Positions 44,279 to 55,721 of a DNA stretch of 64,000 nucleotides are shown one piece after another. Position 1 is the stretch's first letter. Each line of letters opens with the position of its first letter. Position numbers and translations under genes: made by a program. The notes beneath the pieces are model-generated. The model had not been told where the DNA came from and ran no database searches. It worked only from the letters and a program-made list of their open reading frames with translations. This stretch comes from an uncultured Clostridiaceae bacterium (GTDB lineage Bacteria; Bacillota; Clostridia; TANB77; CAG-508), in the NCBI GenBank assembly GCA_947577025.1, contig CANPTO010000009.1, forward strand, positions 2,424 through 66,423. Reading direction: 5' to 3'.

Positions 44279-45865
44279 ATGAAATCAAATATATTTAAAT
44301 ATATTTTTATAGTATTTGTAATAGCAATTACAATATATGCAATCTATGCCCTATATTTTAAGGACAAAGAATCAAAACAAGAAAATGAAGAAAGTAAAAG
44401 GATAGAAATAATAGAAAAAACAGACATAAGGCTAGGAATTTCAAACTATGATACAATAAACCCACTAATAACCAATAATAAAGAGATATTAAACATAGAC
44501 AAGCTAATATTTGAACCACTAATAAATATAACAAAAGACTATAAACTAGAAATGTGTTTAGCAACAGAATGCTCAAAAATATCAGAAACAGCATATGTAG
44601 TAAAAATAGACAATAACAAAAAATGGCAAGATGGAGCTTCCTTAGTATCTAAAGATATAGCCTTTACAGTAGAAAGATTAAAAGAAGGAAGAAGCATATA
44701 CTCATATAATGTAGAAAAAATACAAAATGTAGAAATTTTAGATGACAGTACAGTAAGAATAAACTTAAATACACCAGTACCATTTTTTGAATACAATTTA
44801 GCATTCCCAATTTTACAAAACAACTACTATATAGGAGAGAACTTTTATGAAAGCACAAAAATACCTATAGGAACAGGAATGTACAAAATTTCCAAAATAG
44901 AATCGAATAATATAGTACTAGAAAAAAACGAAAAATGGTGGAATAAAGAAAATGAAAATGCAAAAATAGAAACCATAAACATAAAGATATTTTCAGAAGT
45001 AGGAGAAATATATAATAGTTTCAAACTAGGGAACATAGACATTTTCACAACCTCAAATACATCATTAGAAAACTATATAGGAACAATAGGGTATGGAAAA
45101 TGTGAATATGGAGGAAGAAACTTTGACTACTTAGCATTAAACTGTGAAGACAAAATACTAAAAAATGTAGAAGTAAGAAAAATGATAAACTATGCAATAG
45201 ACAAAGCGAGCCTTGTAGCAACAATATACAATAATAATAACTATATATCAAACTTTCCAATAGACTATGGCAATTACTTATACAAAGAAAATAATCAAAG
45301 TTTAAGTTACAACCAAGAACAAGCAAAAAAAGTATTAGAAGAAAAAGGATGGAGCTATAAAAATAATAGATGGCAAAAGCAAGAAAACTATAATACAACC
45401 AGAATAAATTTAACCCTAACAGTAAATAAAGAAGACGAAAAAAGAATAGCAGTAGCAGAATTTATAAAACAAGAATTAGAAAAAATAGGAGTAAAAATAA
45501 CCATAAGTAAAGTATCAGCAAATAACTATAATGCAATATTACAAAACAAAAACTATCAAATGATACTAACAGGAGTGTACAACTCATACACACCAGATAT
45601 AACAACATTTTTAGGAAGTGGAAACCTACAAAATTATAATAACGAAGAACTAAATACAATATTAGAAGAAGTAAAAACTATAAAAGAAGAAAATTTACTA
45701 AAAGAAAAATATAATAAAATTATAGAATTATACAACAATGATATGCCATTTGTTAGTCTATATAGAAATAAAAATACAGTAGTAAGAAGTCAAAACCTAG
45801 CAGGAGAAATAACACCAAATAACTATTTTAGCTATTACAATTTTTATACTTGGAGTAGAATGTAA
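44279..45865 (+). CDS. Peptide ABC transporter substrate-binding protein (family 5)
   Basis: WQDG..L...D..FT, PIGTGMYK, VRKMINYAIDK. Confidence 0.85.
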   Translation: MKSNIFKYIFIVFVIAITIYAIYALYFKDKESKQENEESKRIEIIEKTDIRLGISNYDTINPLITNNKEILNIDKLIFEPLINITKDYKLEMCLATECSKISETAYVVKIDNNKKWQDGASLVSKDIAFTVERLKEGRSIYSYNVEKIQNVEILDDSTVRINLNTPVPFFEYNLAFPILQNNYYIGENFYESTKIPIGTGMYKISKIESNNIVLEKNEKWWNKENENAKIETINIKIFSEVGEIYNSFKLGNIDIFTTSNTSLENYIGTIGYGKCEYGGRNFDYLALNCEDKILKNVEVRKMINYAIDKASLVATIYNNNNYISNFPIDYGNYLYKENNQSLSYNQEQAKKVLEEKGWSYKNNRWQKQENYNTTRINLTLTVNKEDEKRIAVAEFIKQELEKIGVKITISKVSANNYNAILQNKNYQMILTGVYNSYTPDITTFLGSGNLQNYNNEELNTILEEVKTIKEENLLKEKYNKIIELYNNDMPFVSLYRNKNTVVRSQNLAGEITPNNYFSYYNFYTWSRM

Positions 45866-45907
45866 AATAAGTAATGAATAGTGAATAATGCAGAATTTAT
45901 TTATACC

Positions 45908-46483
45908 GTAGGGGCTTAATCGGTAAGGAATACCGAATTACGCCCAAAAATAGGAGAAAATATGAATAAAAACAGAAAAACAATAAGATTAAAAGAATAT
46001 GACTATTCACAAATTGGAGAATATTTTATTACGCTATGTTCAAAGAATAGAAAATATATATTTGGAGAAATAAATGAAAATAAAATAATACTATCGAAAT
46101 ATGAAAAAATAGCAGAAAATGTATTAAAAAGAATAAAACAAAATAAAAACATAGAAATAAATAATTATATAATAATGCCAAATCATATACATATGATTAT
46201 TAAAATAAAATATGATAAAATAGTTAATCTAAAAGATGTAATATCAACATATAAATCAATTACAACAAAACAAATAAATAGAGAACAAAAAATAATAGTA
46301 TGGCAAAGAAATTATTATGAACATATTATTAGAGATGAAAATGAAAAAGAAGAAATTATAAAATATATAAGATATAATGCAATTAATTGGGACAGAGATA
46401 ATTTGAAAATTAAATAAAATGTAGACAAAAAGGGCGTAATTCGGTCAATTCTCTTTGGTATTCCTTACCAATTAAGCCCCTAC
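45908..46483. mobile_element. RAYT locus flanked by inverted GTAG-type REP palindromes
   Basis: GTAGGGGCTTAAT..CGAATTACGCCC at 45908-45945, inverse at 46432-46483; related copy at 42519-42568. Confidence 0.85.
45962..46417 (+). CDS. REP-associated tyrosine transposase (IS200/IS605 Y1 superfamily)
   Basis: RKTIRLKEYDYS, YFITLC, MPNHIH (HUH), WQRNYYEHIIR. Confidence 0.9.
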   Translation: MNKNRKTIRLKEYDYSQIGEYFITLCSKNRKYIFGEINENKIILSKYEKIAENVLKRIKQNKNIEINNYIIMPNHIHMIIKIKYDKIVNLKDVISTYKSITTKQINREQKIIVWQRNYYEHIIRDENEKEEIIKYIRYNAINWDRDNLKIK

Positions 46484-46521
46484 AGTTAAAAAATATTTTA
46501 TATAAAAAATAAGAAAAATAC

Positions 46522-46566
46522 TTGACAAAAATTTATAATACGATATAATGAAACAAACAAAAGTTT
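46522..46566 (+). promoter_or_regulatory. recA promoter with possible LexA box
   Basis: TTGACA-16nt-TATAAT; AAAC-AAAA-GTTT at 46555-46566 resembles GAAC-N4-GTTC. Confidence 0.55.
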
Positions 46567-46595
46567 ATAAAACAAACATTTAGGAGGAAAAATAA

Positions 46596-47639
46596 ATGAG
46601 TAACGAAAATTCAGAAAAAATGAAAGCACTAGAAGCAGCATTAGGGCAAATAGAAAAACAATTTGGAAAAGGTTCAATAATGAAACTAGGTGAATTCCAA
46701 GCAATGAGCGTAGAAGCAATACCAACAGGAGCACTAAGTTTAGACATAGCACTAGGAATAGGAGGAATTCCACGAGGAAGAATAATAGAAGTATATGGTC
46801 CAGAATCATCAGGAAAAACAACACTAGCACTACATATGATAGCAGAAGCGCAAAAAATGGGAGGAGAAGCAGCCTTCATAGATGCAGAGCATGCACTAGA
46901 CCCAGTATACGCAAAACACCTAGGAGTAGACATAGACAACCTAATAGTATCACAACCAGACACAGGAGAGCAAGCATTAGAAATAGCAGAAGCACTAGTA
47001 AGAAGTGGAGCATTAGATGTAATAGTAATAGATTCAGTAGCAGCCTTAGTTCCAAAAGCAGAAATAGATGGAGACATGGGAGACTCACACATAGGTCTTC
47101 AAGCAAGGTTAATGTCACAAGCACTACGAAAATTAGCAGGAGCAATAAACAAATCAAAATGTGTAATAGTATTCATAAACCAATTAAGAGAAAAAGTAGG
47201 AGTTATGTTTGGTAACCCTGAAACAACAGCAGGAGGAAGAGCACTAAAATATTATGCATCAGTACGTTTAGATATAAGAAAAGTAGAAAACATAAAACAA
47301 GATGGAGAAGTAGTAGGAAATAGAGCAAAAGTAAAAGTAGTAAAAAACAAAGTAGCTCCACCATTCAGAGAAGCAGAATTTGATATAGTATATGGAAAAG
47401 GAATATCAAAAGAAGGAAACATACTAGACATAGCAGTAAACCTAGACATAATAGAAAAAAGTGGCTCATGGTTCAGTTATAATGGAGACAGAATAGGTCA
47501 AGGAAGAGAAAATGTAAAAAAATATTTAATGGACAACCCAGAAACAGCAAAAGAAGTAGAAGAAAAAATAAGAAGCAAATTCTCAGAAGCATTCGAAAAA
47601 AGCTTAGGAGAAGAAGAACAAGAAGAGGAAGAAGAATAA
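46596..47639 (+). CDS. recA: Recombinase RecA
   Basis: [38 protein letters not shown]. Confidence 0.99.
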   Translation: MSNENSEKMKALEAALGQIEKQFGKGSIMKLGEFQAMSVEAIPTGALSLDIALGIGGIPRGRIIEVYGPESSGKTTLALHMIAEAQKMGGEAAFIDAEHALDPVYAKHLGVDIDNLIVSQPDTGEQALEIAEALVRSGALDVIVIDSVAALVPKAEIDGDMGDSHIGLQARLMSQALRKLAGAINKSKCVIVFINQLREKVGVMFGNPETTAGGRALKYYASVRLDIRKVENIKQDGEVVGNRAKVKVVKNKVAPPFREAEFDIVYGKGISKEGNILDIAVNLDIIEKSGSWFSYNGDRIGQGRENVKKYLMDNPETAKEVEEKIRSKFSEAFEKSLGEEEQEEEEE

Positions 47640-48040
47640 CAAAAAACAGAAATGTCTAAAATTTAGAAATAAATCTTAGGCATTTTTTATATTCTTAGGA
47701 AAGTCATCCGCGATAGTAACGGCTTCAATAGGAGCATCAAATTTGTATTTACATTTTGGACAGATGCAAGCAACTGTCTTTCCACTTAAAGCAAATGGAA
47801 AGAATTAAAATCAAACATAATAAAACCGCATTTCTAATTAAAAAGATTTGGGACGTGTCCAAAACTTTACAAACTGCTAACATAAAAAGAAAATATAAGA
47901 ATTTCAGAAAAAACTGAAATAGCTATAACATATAAATAATATGATGACAAAAAAGTTATTAGAGAAATTAGAAAATTAGTACAAATACTTGAAATAAAGC
48001 AAATAAATATATATAATAAGGAAAAAAAGGAGCAATAAAT

Positions 48041-48985
48041 ATGAAAAAAATAAGTATAATAATTCCAGCATATAATGAAGAAGAAGCACTACCATTTTTA
48101 TACGAAAGACTAGAAAAATTAATGAATGAAATAAGAAATTACGAATTTGAAGTATTATTTGTAAATGATGGAAGCAAAGATAAAACAATACAATTAATAA
48201 AAGAATTAAGAAAAAAAGATGAACGAATATGCTATGTAGACTTTTCAAGAAACTTTGGAAAGGAAATAGCAATGCTAGCAGGTCTAGACTACGCAAAAGG
48301 AGACTCAGTAATATTTATGGATGCAGACCTTCAAGACCCACCAGAGCTAATACCAGAACTAATAAAATATTGGGAAGAAGGTTATGACGATGTATATGCA
48401 AGAAGAAAAACAAGAGAAGGAGAGACATGGCTAAAAAAATTCACATCAAAAATGTACTATAAAGTATTACAAAGTCTAACAAGAGTACCAATACAAAAAG
48501 ATACAGGAGACTTTAGACTACTAGATAGAAGATGTGTAAATGCCTTAAAAAAACTAAGAGAATCACAAAGATGTTCAAAAAGCATGTTTAGTTGGATAGG
48601 CTACAACAAAAAAGAAGTGCTATATGATAGAGACCCACGAATTGCAGGAAAAACAAAATGGAATTACAGAAAATTAATAGACTTAGCAATAGATGGAATA
48701 ACATCATTTACTACATCACCACTAAGAGTATCAACATATTTAAGCATACCAACATTTATATTACTAGGAGTATACTTCATATATGTAATAATAAAATGTA
48801 TAACACAATCAGTGGCAATACAAGCATTTCAAGCAATAATATTACTAATACTATTTTTCTCAGGAATACAAATAATGTTATTTGGAATAGTAGGAGAATA
48901 CCTAGGAAGAATATTCAACGAAACAAAAAATAGACCACTATATTTTGTAAACGAATACAATGGCGAAAAAGAAACAAACGAATAA
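48041..48985 (+). CDS. GT2 polyprenol-phosphate glycosyltransferase (GtrB/YkoT-like)
   Basis: IIPAYNEE, VNDGSKD, SRNFGKE, MDADLQDPP, two C-terminal TMs. Confidence 0.9.
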   Translation: MKKISIIIPAYNEEEALPFLYERLEKLMNEIRNYEFEVLFVNDGSKDKTIQLIKELRKKDERICYVDFSRNFGKEIAMLAGLDYAKGDSVIFMDADLQDPPELIPELIKYWEEGYDDVYARRKTREGETWLKKFTSKMYYKVLQSLTRVPIQKDTGDFRLLDRRCVNALKKLRESQRCSKSMFSWIGYNKKEVLYDRDPRIAGKTKWNYRKLIDLAIDGITSFTTSPLRVSTYLSIPTFILLGVYFIYVIIKCITQSVAIQAFQAIILLILFFSGIQIMLFGIVGEYLGRIFNETKNRPLYFVNEYNGEKETNE

Positions 48986-48988
48986 ACT

Positions 48989-49120
48989 AGCATTGAGGAC
49001 TGGCCTTGAATGGGTGCCGAAAGAAGGTAGCTTTGGGGACGGTTCGTAATCGGAAACAAGATAGAGAAGAACTTTAAGTAACAAACAAAAATAATCTGGC
49101 TAGATTAGGAACTGTCCCCA
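48989..49120. repeat. Repeat family E copy 2
   Basis: Shares blocks with 23003-23110, with an extra segment of about 25 nt. Confidence 0.8.
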
Positions 49121-49291
49121 ATGCGGAAACCAAGCAGAACAACTTATAAGGGTAGAGAAGAACAAGAAGTAAAAAACAAAAAGCACCCCCCTTGAGTAAT
49201 CGAAGATCTCCCAAGAGGGACTGTCCTAAATAGCGGAAACGAAGAGAAAAATCTAAAAATATATAGTAAATATAAAAAGGAAAACAAAACC

Positions 49292-50306
49292 ATGGAACAA
49301 AACGAAAATCAAAACCTAATCCGTCCAGAACTAGAAAACAAACAAGAAGAAAAAATAGAAAACACTCTAAGACCACAACTATTAAACGAATATATAGGAC
49401 AAGATAAAGTAAAAGAAAACATGAAAATATATATAGAAGCAGCTAAAAAAAGAAAAGAGGCATTAGACCATGTTTTGCTATATGGTCCACCAGGTCTAGG
49501 AAAAACAACCCTAGCAGGGATAATAGCAAATGAAATGAATGCAAATATTAAGATAACATCAGGACCTGCAATAGAAAAGCCAGGAGATTTAGCAGCAATA
49601 CTAACAGCACTAACAGGAAATGATGTACTATTTATAGATGAAATACATAGGCTAAGCAAAAATGTAGAAGAAATATTATATCCAGCATTAGAAGATTATG
49701 TACTAGATATAGTAATAGGAACAGGACCTGCCGCAAAATCAATAAGAATAGATTTACCAAAATTCACATTAATAGGAGCAACAACAAAAGCAGGTTCATT
49801 AACAACACCATTAAGAGATAGATTTGGAATAGTAGATAGGCTAGAACTATACTCAGAAAAAGACCTATCAACAATAGTAAAAAGGTCAAGCAAAATACTA
49901 GAAATACAAATAGATGAAGCTTCAAGTATAGAAATAGCAAGACGTTCAAGGGGAACTCCAAGAATAGCAAATAGACTTTTAAAAAGAGTAAGAGACTATG
50001 CATTAGTTTTAGGAAATGGAAATATAACATTAGAAATAACAAAACATGCATTAAATAAACTAGAAATAGACGAAATAGGACTAGATAATATAGATAGAAA
50101 AATATTAGAAACAATGATAATAACATATCGGAGGAAGACCAGTAGGTCTAGAAACACTAGCAACAACAGTAGGAGAAGAAGTAGACACCCTAGAAGATGT
50201 ATATGAACCATACTTAATACAAATAGGATATATAACAAGAACTCCAAGAGGAAGAATAGCAACACCATTAGCCTATAAACATATAGGGGTAGAATATAAT
50301 GAATAG
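49292..50306 (+). CDS. ruvB: Holliday junction helicase RuvB, about 337 aa, +1 shift at CGG 50129
   Basis: [25 protein letters not shown]; shift restores [24 protein letters not shown]. Confidence 0.95.
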
Positions 50307-50326
50307 AAATATAAAGGAGAAAATAA

Positions 50327-52093
50327 ATGCCAATAATATATATAATTTCAACTCTAGCATTATTTACACTAACAATACTACTGAAAAAAACAGAAAAAAA
50401 ATTAGAAATAATAAAAAGTATAACAATAACTTTAGTATTAATGCTTTCATATAACACTTTGGTATGCTATATATTAAACTTAGTAAATATACCAATAACA
50501 TTAGCTTGCTTATCTATAATCAATATTATAATTTCTATAATATTAGGAATAAAAATTATAAAAAGTAAAAACATACAAAAATATACTATAAACAAAATTA
50601 ATATAATAGTAGTACTACTATTTATATCAATAGTAACAATAGTAATGAATATAAACTTTGGAAACCTTACTAAAATTAGATACATATCTATGGATGCAAG
50701 AGAGCACTATAAAGCAGCAAGAGAGTTTTCAGAAAACGAAAATCTTTCAAACAAAGCAGTAACAAATAACACAACAACAGGGCAGTTAATGCCAGGAGCA
50801 TACACAAATGTAGGAATAATATTTAAAGTACTACAGCCATATGTAGGAACAATAAACCTATATAAAGCATTTATCATATTTGAAGCGTTTATATATTTAT
50901 TAGTAGGATTAATGTTTTATATGTTATTAGAAAAATACTGTAATACTATAAATAAAAAAATAATAGCAATAACATTTTCAGTGCTATATATATTAGGATA
51001 TCCTTTAAGTGCCTGGATATCAGGATTTCATTACTTAATATTAGGAATACTATATATACAAACAATTATATACACAATAATGGAAAAGCCAAAAATAGAA
51101 TTCGATTATGAACTATTAATGTTATTTTTATTAAATTTAGGGTTAATATTATCATATTCACTATTTTGTCCATTTGTATATTTAGCAGAATTTATATATT
51201 ACATACAAAAATATAAAAAAGAAAAAAGCAAAATAAAACTATTTTTATCAATATTAGTAACACTAATATTACCAGGAATAATAGGAGTAACCTATCTAAT
51301 AATTCCATCTATTGGAAAAGTAGGAGGATTTATTGCATTAGAAGGTTGGGTATATAAAAACCTATGGTCAAATTTTATATTATTTATACCATTTACAATA
51401 TACTATATATACAAAAATATAAAACAAAAAAAACTAACATTTGATAATATAATATTAATAACTTTATTAACATATATGACAATTCTATTTATAGGAACTA
51501 AAGTAGAAAAATGTTCAGAATACTATTTTTACAAAAATTATTTTATATTATGGTTAATGCTTATATATACAAGCACACAAGGAATGTTACAAATATTAAA
51601 TGAAAAAAAGGCAAAACATATAGCAAATATATATACAGTAGTATATTTAGTAATATTAGTAACACAAGTATGTAACTACAGCAAATATGTTATGGTAAAA
51701 GCAGATGACAATCTAAATGAAATTATGGAAATATATAAATTTAACAAAACAATGATATGTGCAAAAAATGCAGAATTTATAACAAAAGAAGAAATACAAC
51801 TTTATAAAGAAACGGAAAAAATAATAAAAGATAAGTGGAAAGAACAAAAAGAAATATTATTTGTAACAGACCCAACACAAGAAAGATGGATTCAATCATT
51901 AACAGGATATATAAATATACTTTTTGACAATGTAGAATATGCAATTCAAAATCTACAGCAAGAAAACTACAAATATATTGTAACATTTGAAAACAAAGAA
52001 ACATATAAAGGGCTTGAAAAATATATAAACAAAGAAAACATGGAGAAAATATATGAAATAGAAAGCGGAAAAATATATGAAAGGAAGAATTAA
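50327..52093 (+). CDS. Polytopic membrane protein, possibly a GT-C glycosyltransferase
   Basis: Many TM helices; near the GtrB-like gene. Confidence 0.65.
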   Translation: MPIIYIISTLALFTLTILLKKTEKKLEIIKSITITLVLMLSYNTLVCYILNLVNIPITLACLSIINIIISIILGIKIIKSKNIQKYTINKINIIVVLLFISIVTIVMNINFGNLTKIRYISMDAREHYKAAREFSENENLSNKAVTNNTTTGQLMPGAYTNVGIIFKVLQPYVGTINLYKAFIIFEAFIYLLVGLMFYMLLEKYCNTINKKIIAITFSVLYILGYPLSAWISGFHYLILGILYIQTIIYTIMEKPKIEFDYELLMLFLLNLGLILSYSLFCPFVYLAEFIYYIQKYKKEKSKIKLFLSILVTLILPGIIGVTYLIIPSIGKVGGFIALEGWVYKNLWSNFILFIPFTIYYIYKNIKQKKLTFDNIILITLLTYMTILFIGTKVEKCSEYYFYKNYFILWLMLIYTSTQGMLQILNEKKAKHIANIYTVVYLVILVTQVCNYSKYVMVKADDNLNEIMEIYKFNKTMICAKNAEFITKEEIQLYKETEKIIKDKWKEQKEILFVTDPTQERWIQSLTGYINILFDNVEYAIQNLQQENYKYIVTFENKETYKGLEKYINKENMEKIYEIESGKIYERKN

Positions 52094-52096
52094 AAA

Positions 52097-53044
52097 ATGA
52101 AACTATTATTGCACACGTGTTGCGCACCATGTAGCATCTATTGCATAGAAACACTAAGAAAAGAAGGAATAGAACCAACAATATATTGGTACAATACAAA
52201 CATACATCCATACACAGAATACAAAGCAAGAAGAGACACATTAAAAGAATATACAAAAAGTATAAACATAAATGCAATATTTGAAGAAGAATATGGATTA
52301 AATAAATTCTGCAAAAATGTAATAAATAACTTAGAAACAAGGTGTAGCGACTACTGCTATAAAGTACGCTTAGAGCAAACAGCTAAATACGCAAAAGAAA
52401 ATGGATATGACGCAATTAGCACAACACTACTTGTAAGTCCATACCAAAAACACGAAATATTGAAAAAACAAGGAGAAGAAATAGCGAAAAAATATGGAAT
52501 ACAATTCTTATACAGAGACTTTAGAGTAGGATTTAAAGAGGGGCAAACAAAAGCACGTGAGCTAGGGATGTATATGCAAAAATATTGTGGATGTATTTTT
52601 TCTGAGGAAATGTCAAAATCTGCACACCAAAAAAAAGATAAAGAAGAAAGTGCTAGAGCTAACAGGGATACAGAACGAAGAATAAGACTGTCAGATACAA
52701 TACCAAATCTCGATTTTAGACCACTAAAAAGAGAAAATGAGGAAGAAATAGACTTTATATATAATATTAAAAAGGAAAAATATAAAGAAGAAAACAAGAA
52801 AGAATTGGACAAAGAAATACTAAATAAATTATTAGAAAGATATATAAAAGAAAATGTAAAGAATATAAAAGTAATTATGCTTAAAGAAGAAAAAATAGGA
52901 TTTTTTGATGGTAAGATTTTAGAAAATAATACTTTTAGAATTGATAATATATTCATATTAAAAGAATACCAAAATAAAGGAATAGAAACAGCGATTTCTA
53001 ATGAAATTCTATTTGAAAATGAAAAAGTAGATAAAAGTAAATAA
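52097..53044 (+). CDS. queH: Epoxyqueuosine reductase QueH fused to a GNAT-like C-terminal domain
   Basis: LLLHTCCAPCS, NIHP..EY..R, RC..CY..RL, YMQKYCGCIFS; C-terminal IFILKEYQNKGI. Confidence 0.85.
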   Translation: MKLLLHTCCAPCSIYCIETLRKEGIEPTIYWYNTNIHPYTEYKARRDTLKEYTKSININAIFEEEYGLNKFCKNVINNLETRCSDYCYKVRLEQTAKYAKENGYDAISTTLLVSPYQKHEILKKQGEEIAKKYGIQFLYRDFRVGFKEGQTKARELGMYMQKYCGCIFSEEMSKSAHQKKDKEESARANRDTERRIRLSDTIPNLDFRPLKRENEEEIDFIYNIKKEKYKEENKKELDKEILNKLLERYIKENVKNIKVIMLKEEKIGFFDGKILENNTFRIDNIFILKEYQNKGIETAISNEILFENEKVDKSK

Positions 53045-53125
53045 ATTATAAGATTATTAAGGACTGAATTATTTTCATAATTTGGTCTTTTTTTATGTGA
53101 TTTTGAATATAAGGAGGGAAAAGAA

Positions 53126-53437
53126 ATGCAAGAAAAAGATTCGATACAAATATTAGAAGAAATGAGAACAGGAATGTTTTGTAGCATAGAGCTACCATTA
53201 ACTAATTCAATGAAAAGTGATGTTATATCAATTTATCTAGGAAAAGATAAAGACGGAAGATATAACTTTTTTGATGGTGGAGGAGCTATTGGAACTTTTA
53301 AAATGCCAAAGGAATTTATTATAAAACGAGATATAAAAATAGCAAAGATAAATAGTGAAGAACAGACAAAGGGATTATATACAGCATTAAAAAAGCAAGA
53401 GATTAAGGACAAGCATAAGTTAAGAGATAGTAGATAA
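53126..53437 (+). CDS. Hypothetical protein
   Basis: RBS AAGGAGG, 103-aa ORF at island start. Confidence 0.65.
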   Translation: MQEKDSIQILEEMRTGMFCSIELPLTNSMKSDVISIYLGKDKDGRYNFFDGGGAIGTFKMPKEFIIKRDIKIAKINSEEQTKGLYTALKKQEIKDKHKLRDSR

Positions 53438-53486
53438 ACGAGTTGTAGAAATACAATTCGTTTTTTTGAAAAATTTTATAAAAAGT

Positions 53487-53534
53487 ATTGATATTGATAT
53501 ACATTTTATATATAATATGTATATCAATATCAAT
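53487..53534. promoter_or_regulatory. AbiE autoregulatory operator (18-bp inverted repeat over the promoter)
   Basis: ATTGATATTGATATACAT-N12-ATGTATATCAATATCAAT upstream of abiEi. Confidence 0.75.
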
Positions 53535-53548
53535 TACAGGGGGATAAA

Positions 53549-54133
53549 ATGAATAATTATGATAAAATAAAAGAATTAGTTTTGAATAACAAAGGCATTG
53601 CATATGCAAAAGATATAGAAAAGCTTGGTATTCATCCACAATTTTTAAATGATTTAGAAAATAAAGGGTATTTAAAAAGAATTATGAAAGGAATATATGT
53701 TAAAAGTGATGTAGATGTTAATGAATTTTGGCTATTTTCTGAAAGATATAAAAATGGTATATATTCACATAATACAGCTTTATATTTTTATGGAATGACA
53801 GATAGAACGCCAATGAAACTAGATATGACATTTCCGAGTAATAATAGAGTAAAAAATGAATATTTACATATACACTATATTAAAAATGAAAATCATAAAT
53901 TGGGAGCTACAAAATTGAAATTAGAAGATGATACAGAAATAAATATATACAATATTGAAAGAACAATTTGCGATATTATCAGGGATAGAAATAAAATTGA
54001 TCCACAAATATTTAATAGTGCAATGAATGAATATATAAAAAAGAAAAACAAGAATTTAGTATTATTATATGAATATGCTAAAATTTTTAAAATAGAAAAA
54101 ATATTAGCACAATATATGGAGGTATTAGGTTAA
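53549..54133 (+). CDS. abiEi: Type IV TA antitoxin AbiEi
   Basis: N-terminal wHTH (L...G.L.RI.KGIY), SHNTAL, ERTICD. Confidence 0.85.
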   Translation: MNNYDKIKELVLNNKGIAYAKDIEKLGIHPQFLNDLENKGYLKRIMKGIYVKSDVDVNEFWLFSERYKNGIYSHNTALYFYGMTDRTPMKLDMTFPSNNRVKNEYLHIHYIKNENHKLGATKLKLEDDTEINIYNIERTICDIIRDRNKIDPQIFNSAMNEYIKKKNKNLVLLYEYAKIFKIEKILAQYMEVLG

Positions 54134-54147
54134 TAAAAAGGAATATA

Positions 54148-54972
54148 ATGAGTTTAAAAGCAGTAATCAATAACATAGCAAAAGAAAATAAAGTGTCTGC
54201 ACAATCAGTTCTACAAACATATATGTTAGAAAGATTACTCGAAAGAATATCAATGTCAAAATATAAAGATAACTTTATTTTAAAAGGTGGAATGCTAATA
54301 TCTGCAATGTTAGGTATTGATAGTAGAACAACAATGGATATGGATACAACTATAAAAGGGGTTGCCTTAACAGAAGAAAATATATCTAGTATTATGAAAG
54401 AAATTTGCAAAATGAATATAGATGATGATGTAACTTTTGAAGTTCAAAAAATTGAGCTAATAAGAGAAGATGATGATTACGGAGGATATAGAGTTACATT
54501 TAAAGCTAATTATATGGAGAAAATGCCCGTAATTATGAAAATAGATATTACAACTGGAGATAAGATTACATATAAAGAAATAAAATATAGTTTTGAACTA
54601 ATGTTAGAAAATAGAAAAATTCAAGTTTGGGCATATAATATCGAAACAATTATAGCTGAAAAGTTTGAAACAATTATAAAAAGAGGTGTATTAGGAACAA
54701 GAGTAAGGGACTATTATGATGTTTATATGCTATTTAATACTCAAAGAAAAAACATAGAGAATACAATTTTAAAAGAGGCAATATATTCTACTGCTGAACA
54801 CAGAAATTCAGTAGAAATAATAAAAGAATGGAAAAAGACTGTTTCAATACTGGAAGAAAGTGAAATAATGAAAAAACAATGGGAAAAATACCAAAAAGAT
54901 AATTTTTATGCAGAAGATATTAAATATGAAGATTTAATTGAAAGCATAAAAAATATTGGGCAATTTATATAA
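54148..54972 (+). CDS. abiEii: Type IV TA toxin AbiEii (nucleotidyltransferase)
   Basis: ERLLER, FILKGG, RTTMDMD, AEKF, R.RDYYD. Confidence 0.88.
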   Translation: MSLKAVINNIAKENKVSAQSVLQTYMLERLLERISMSKYKDNFILKGGMLISAMLGIDSRTTMDMDTTIKGVALTEENISSIMKEICKMNIDDDVTFEVQKIELIREDDDYGGYRVTFKANYMEKMPVIMKIDITTGDKITYKEIKYSFELMLENRKIQVWAYNIETIIAEKFETIIKRGVLGTRVRDYYDVYMLFNTQRKNIENTILKEAIYSTAEHRNSVEIIKEWKKTVSILEESEIMKKQWEKYQKDNFYAEDIKYEDLIESIKNIGQFI

Positions 54973-54992
54973 TGTATAAAAATTAGATAAAT

Positions 54993-55009
54993 TTGACTAA
55001 AAATTGACT
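54993..55009 (+). promoter_or_regulatory. TTGACT-N5-TTGACT direct repeat, putative response regulator site
   Basis: Same motif and 11-bp spacing at 56997-57013 and 58060-58076. Confidence 0.65.
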
Positions 55010-55043
55010 ATTTTGATTTAAAATGAAAAGTGGAGATGATATA

Positions 55044-55721
55044 ATGAAACATAAAATTTTAGTAGTAGATGACGAAAAGATGATAACTGAACTAATATCT
55101 TCTTGCTTATGTGATTATGGATATGAGGTATTGACTGCTAATAGTAGCGAAGAGGCATTAGTAAAATTACAAAAACAGCCTAATTTGATAATATTAGATA
55201 TTAATATGCCTAATATAAATGGTCTTGATTTATGCCGTAATATTCGTAATCATATTACTTGTCCAATTATTTTTTTAACTGCTAGAATTACAGAACAAGA
55301 TAAAATAAATGGATTTAGATATGGAGCAGATGATTATATTACGAAACCTTTTAGTTTAAAAGAACTAACTGCACGAGTGGAAGCTCATTTAAGAAGAGAT
55401 GAAAGAAACAAAAATAATCTATCACTTATAACGTGTTCTGATGGATTGATCATAAATTTATCAAATAGAAAAATATACTATTTTGAAAATGAAATTGTAT
55501 TTTCTAAAAAAGAATTTGATATAATTGAATACTTACTTTCTAATGCAGGACAAGTATTTGATAAAGAACAGATATACGAAAGAGTATGGGGCTATGATGC
55601 AGAGGGAGATAGTAATGTAATAAAAGAGCATATTCGTAAAATAAGAACAAAATTTAAAGATGTTACAGGAAAAGAATATATTGATACAATCTGGGGGGTG
55701 GGATATTGTTGGAAAAATTAA
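55044..55721 (+). CDS. OmpR-family response regulator
   Basis: ILVVDDE, ILDINMP, GADDYITKPF, TIWGVGY. Confidence 0.93.
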   Translation: MKHKILVVDDEKMITELISSCLCDYGYEVLTANSSEEALVKLQKQPNLIILDINMPNINGLDLCRNIRNHITCPIIFLTARITEQDKINGFRYGADDYITKPFSLKELTARVEAHLRRDERNKNNLSLITCSDGLIINLSNRKIYYFENEIVFSKKEFDIIEYLLSNAGQVFDKEQIYERVWGYDAEGDSNVIKEHIRKIRTKFKDVTGKEYIDTIWGVGYCWKN

